A stretch of DNA of 64,000 nt from assembly GCA_951406725.2 (NCBI GenBank), contig OX597839.1, positions 28,954,001 to 29,018,000 on the forward strand, given 5' to 3'. The notes beneath the pieces were generated by a model. The model did no database searches. It was not told the DNA's origin and worked only from the letters and a program-made list of their open reading frames with translations. The translations under genes were made by a program, and so were the position numbers. This document shows, one piece after another, positions 62,836 to 64,000 of the stretch (positions are counted from its first letter, which is position 1; each line of letters opens with the position of its first letter). The DNA comes from Octopus vulgaris (Eukaryota).

Positions 62836-64000
62836 TAGTTCACCATCAAGTAAAAAGAAAAATACAAACTGGCCCCTGTGAGCCCATGGCATATAAATGA
62901 CTGAAATCTCAACCTCCACATCACTTCAAGGGGGTGCCAGTCCATTGGAGGCTTACTCATTCACAGCTGATTGGACAGAAGTAACATGAAATGAAGTGTT
63001 TTGTCTTAGAACAGTTCACTGCCTGGTCTGGTAATCGAACCCATGACCTTGTGGTTGTGAGTGCAACACCCGGACCACCAGGCCATGTGCCTTCACAGCC
63101 ACCACCAAGGCTGCTACAAAATTACAGAGAAACCTCTAAGGAAACCTCAGTCAAAGCAGTGAGCTGGCAGAACTGTTAGCATGCCAGGTGAAATGCTTAG
63201 TGGTATTTCGTCTGTTATTATGTTCTGAGTTCAAATTCCGCCGGGGTTGATTAATTAAGTATCAGTTACGCACTGGGGTCGATGTAATCGACTTAATCCC
63301 TTTGTCTGTCCTTGTTTGTCCCCTCTATGTTTAGCCCCCTGTGGCAATAAAGAAATAAATATTGACCTCAGTATTTCACTGGTATTTTGTCGACCCTGGA
63401 AGGATGACAAGCAAAGTTGAATGCGGTGAGATTTGAACTTAGAATGTAAGAAGCAACAATTAAATGCTACAAGATATTTTGTTTTGACCCCCTAATGATT
63501 CTGATTCTTCCATTTAACAATAAAAAGGGTTTCTGGGACGGAGTAATATGGCATGTTGCTGTACTCAAGAAGACATGCCCACCACAACAGAACTGAGATC
63601 CTAAAACCATGGGGCCATGTAAAAAGCACTCAGAACACTCTGTAGAGTGATTGGTGTCCAGTCATAGAAACGATGCCGAAACAGATTATGGAACCTGGTG
63701 TGACCTCTGTCTTGCCAGATCCTATCAAACTGTCCAACCCATGCCAGCATGCAAAATAGACATTAAATGATGATGGTGGCACAAAGCCAGAAAATACCAT
63801 TGACCCCCACTCTACTCCCCCCCCCCCCCAGTACCTACATTTCTAATTTAGTCACAAAGTCTGCAAGTTCAAGTGGTGGAGGCTGGTTGTTACCACTGGC
63901 CATAGTACTTGGTTGATAGTCTTGACCTCCTCCAAACTGATGGGATTTGAACTCAAAAATGTAGAGCTGGGACAAATTCTTCAAGGCATCTTATCCTTGC

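Overview
Eukaryotic, AT-rich DNA saturated with repeats. The tRNA-derived SINEs, RTE/CR1/Penelope relics, microsatellites and 5S copy point to an octopus (coleoid cephalopod) genome; this is an inference. Almost all ORFs in the supplied track are repeat artefacts. Manual splicing gives two real genes head-to-head with only 233 bp between start codons, and both encode mitoribosome large-subunit proteins. MRPL44 (minus strand) has 9 coding exons at 41051-3167 (293 codons here) and its last exon lies left of the window. MRPL57/mL63 (plus strand) has 3 coding exons at 41285-60768 (107 aa, complete). The introns hold SINEs, LINE and Penelope fragments, Helitrons, piggyBac/hAT MITEs, several long fold-backs and a 5S rRNA pseudogene. 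The most striking unannotated signals are: (1) several families of Penelope-type minimal hammerhead ribozyme motifs, including a G3:C8 core variant, several of them sense to the MRPL44 pre-mRNA; (2) a ribozyme-bearing inverted element whose target-site duplication copied the MRPL44 exon-3 splice donor; (3) a LINE 3' end sharing a covarying stem-loop tail with the dominant SINE; (4) a two-part inverted templated insertion; (5) a candidate SINE-derived 27-nt in-frame micro-exon. Everything was read by eye and repeat boundaries are approximate.
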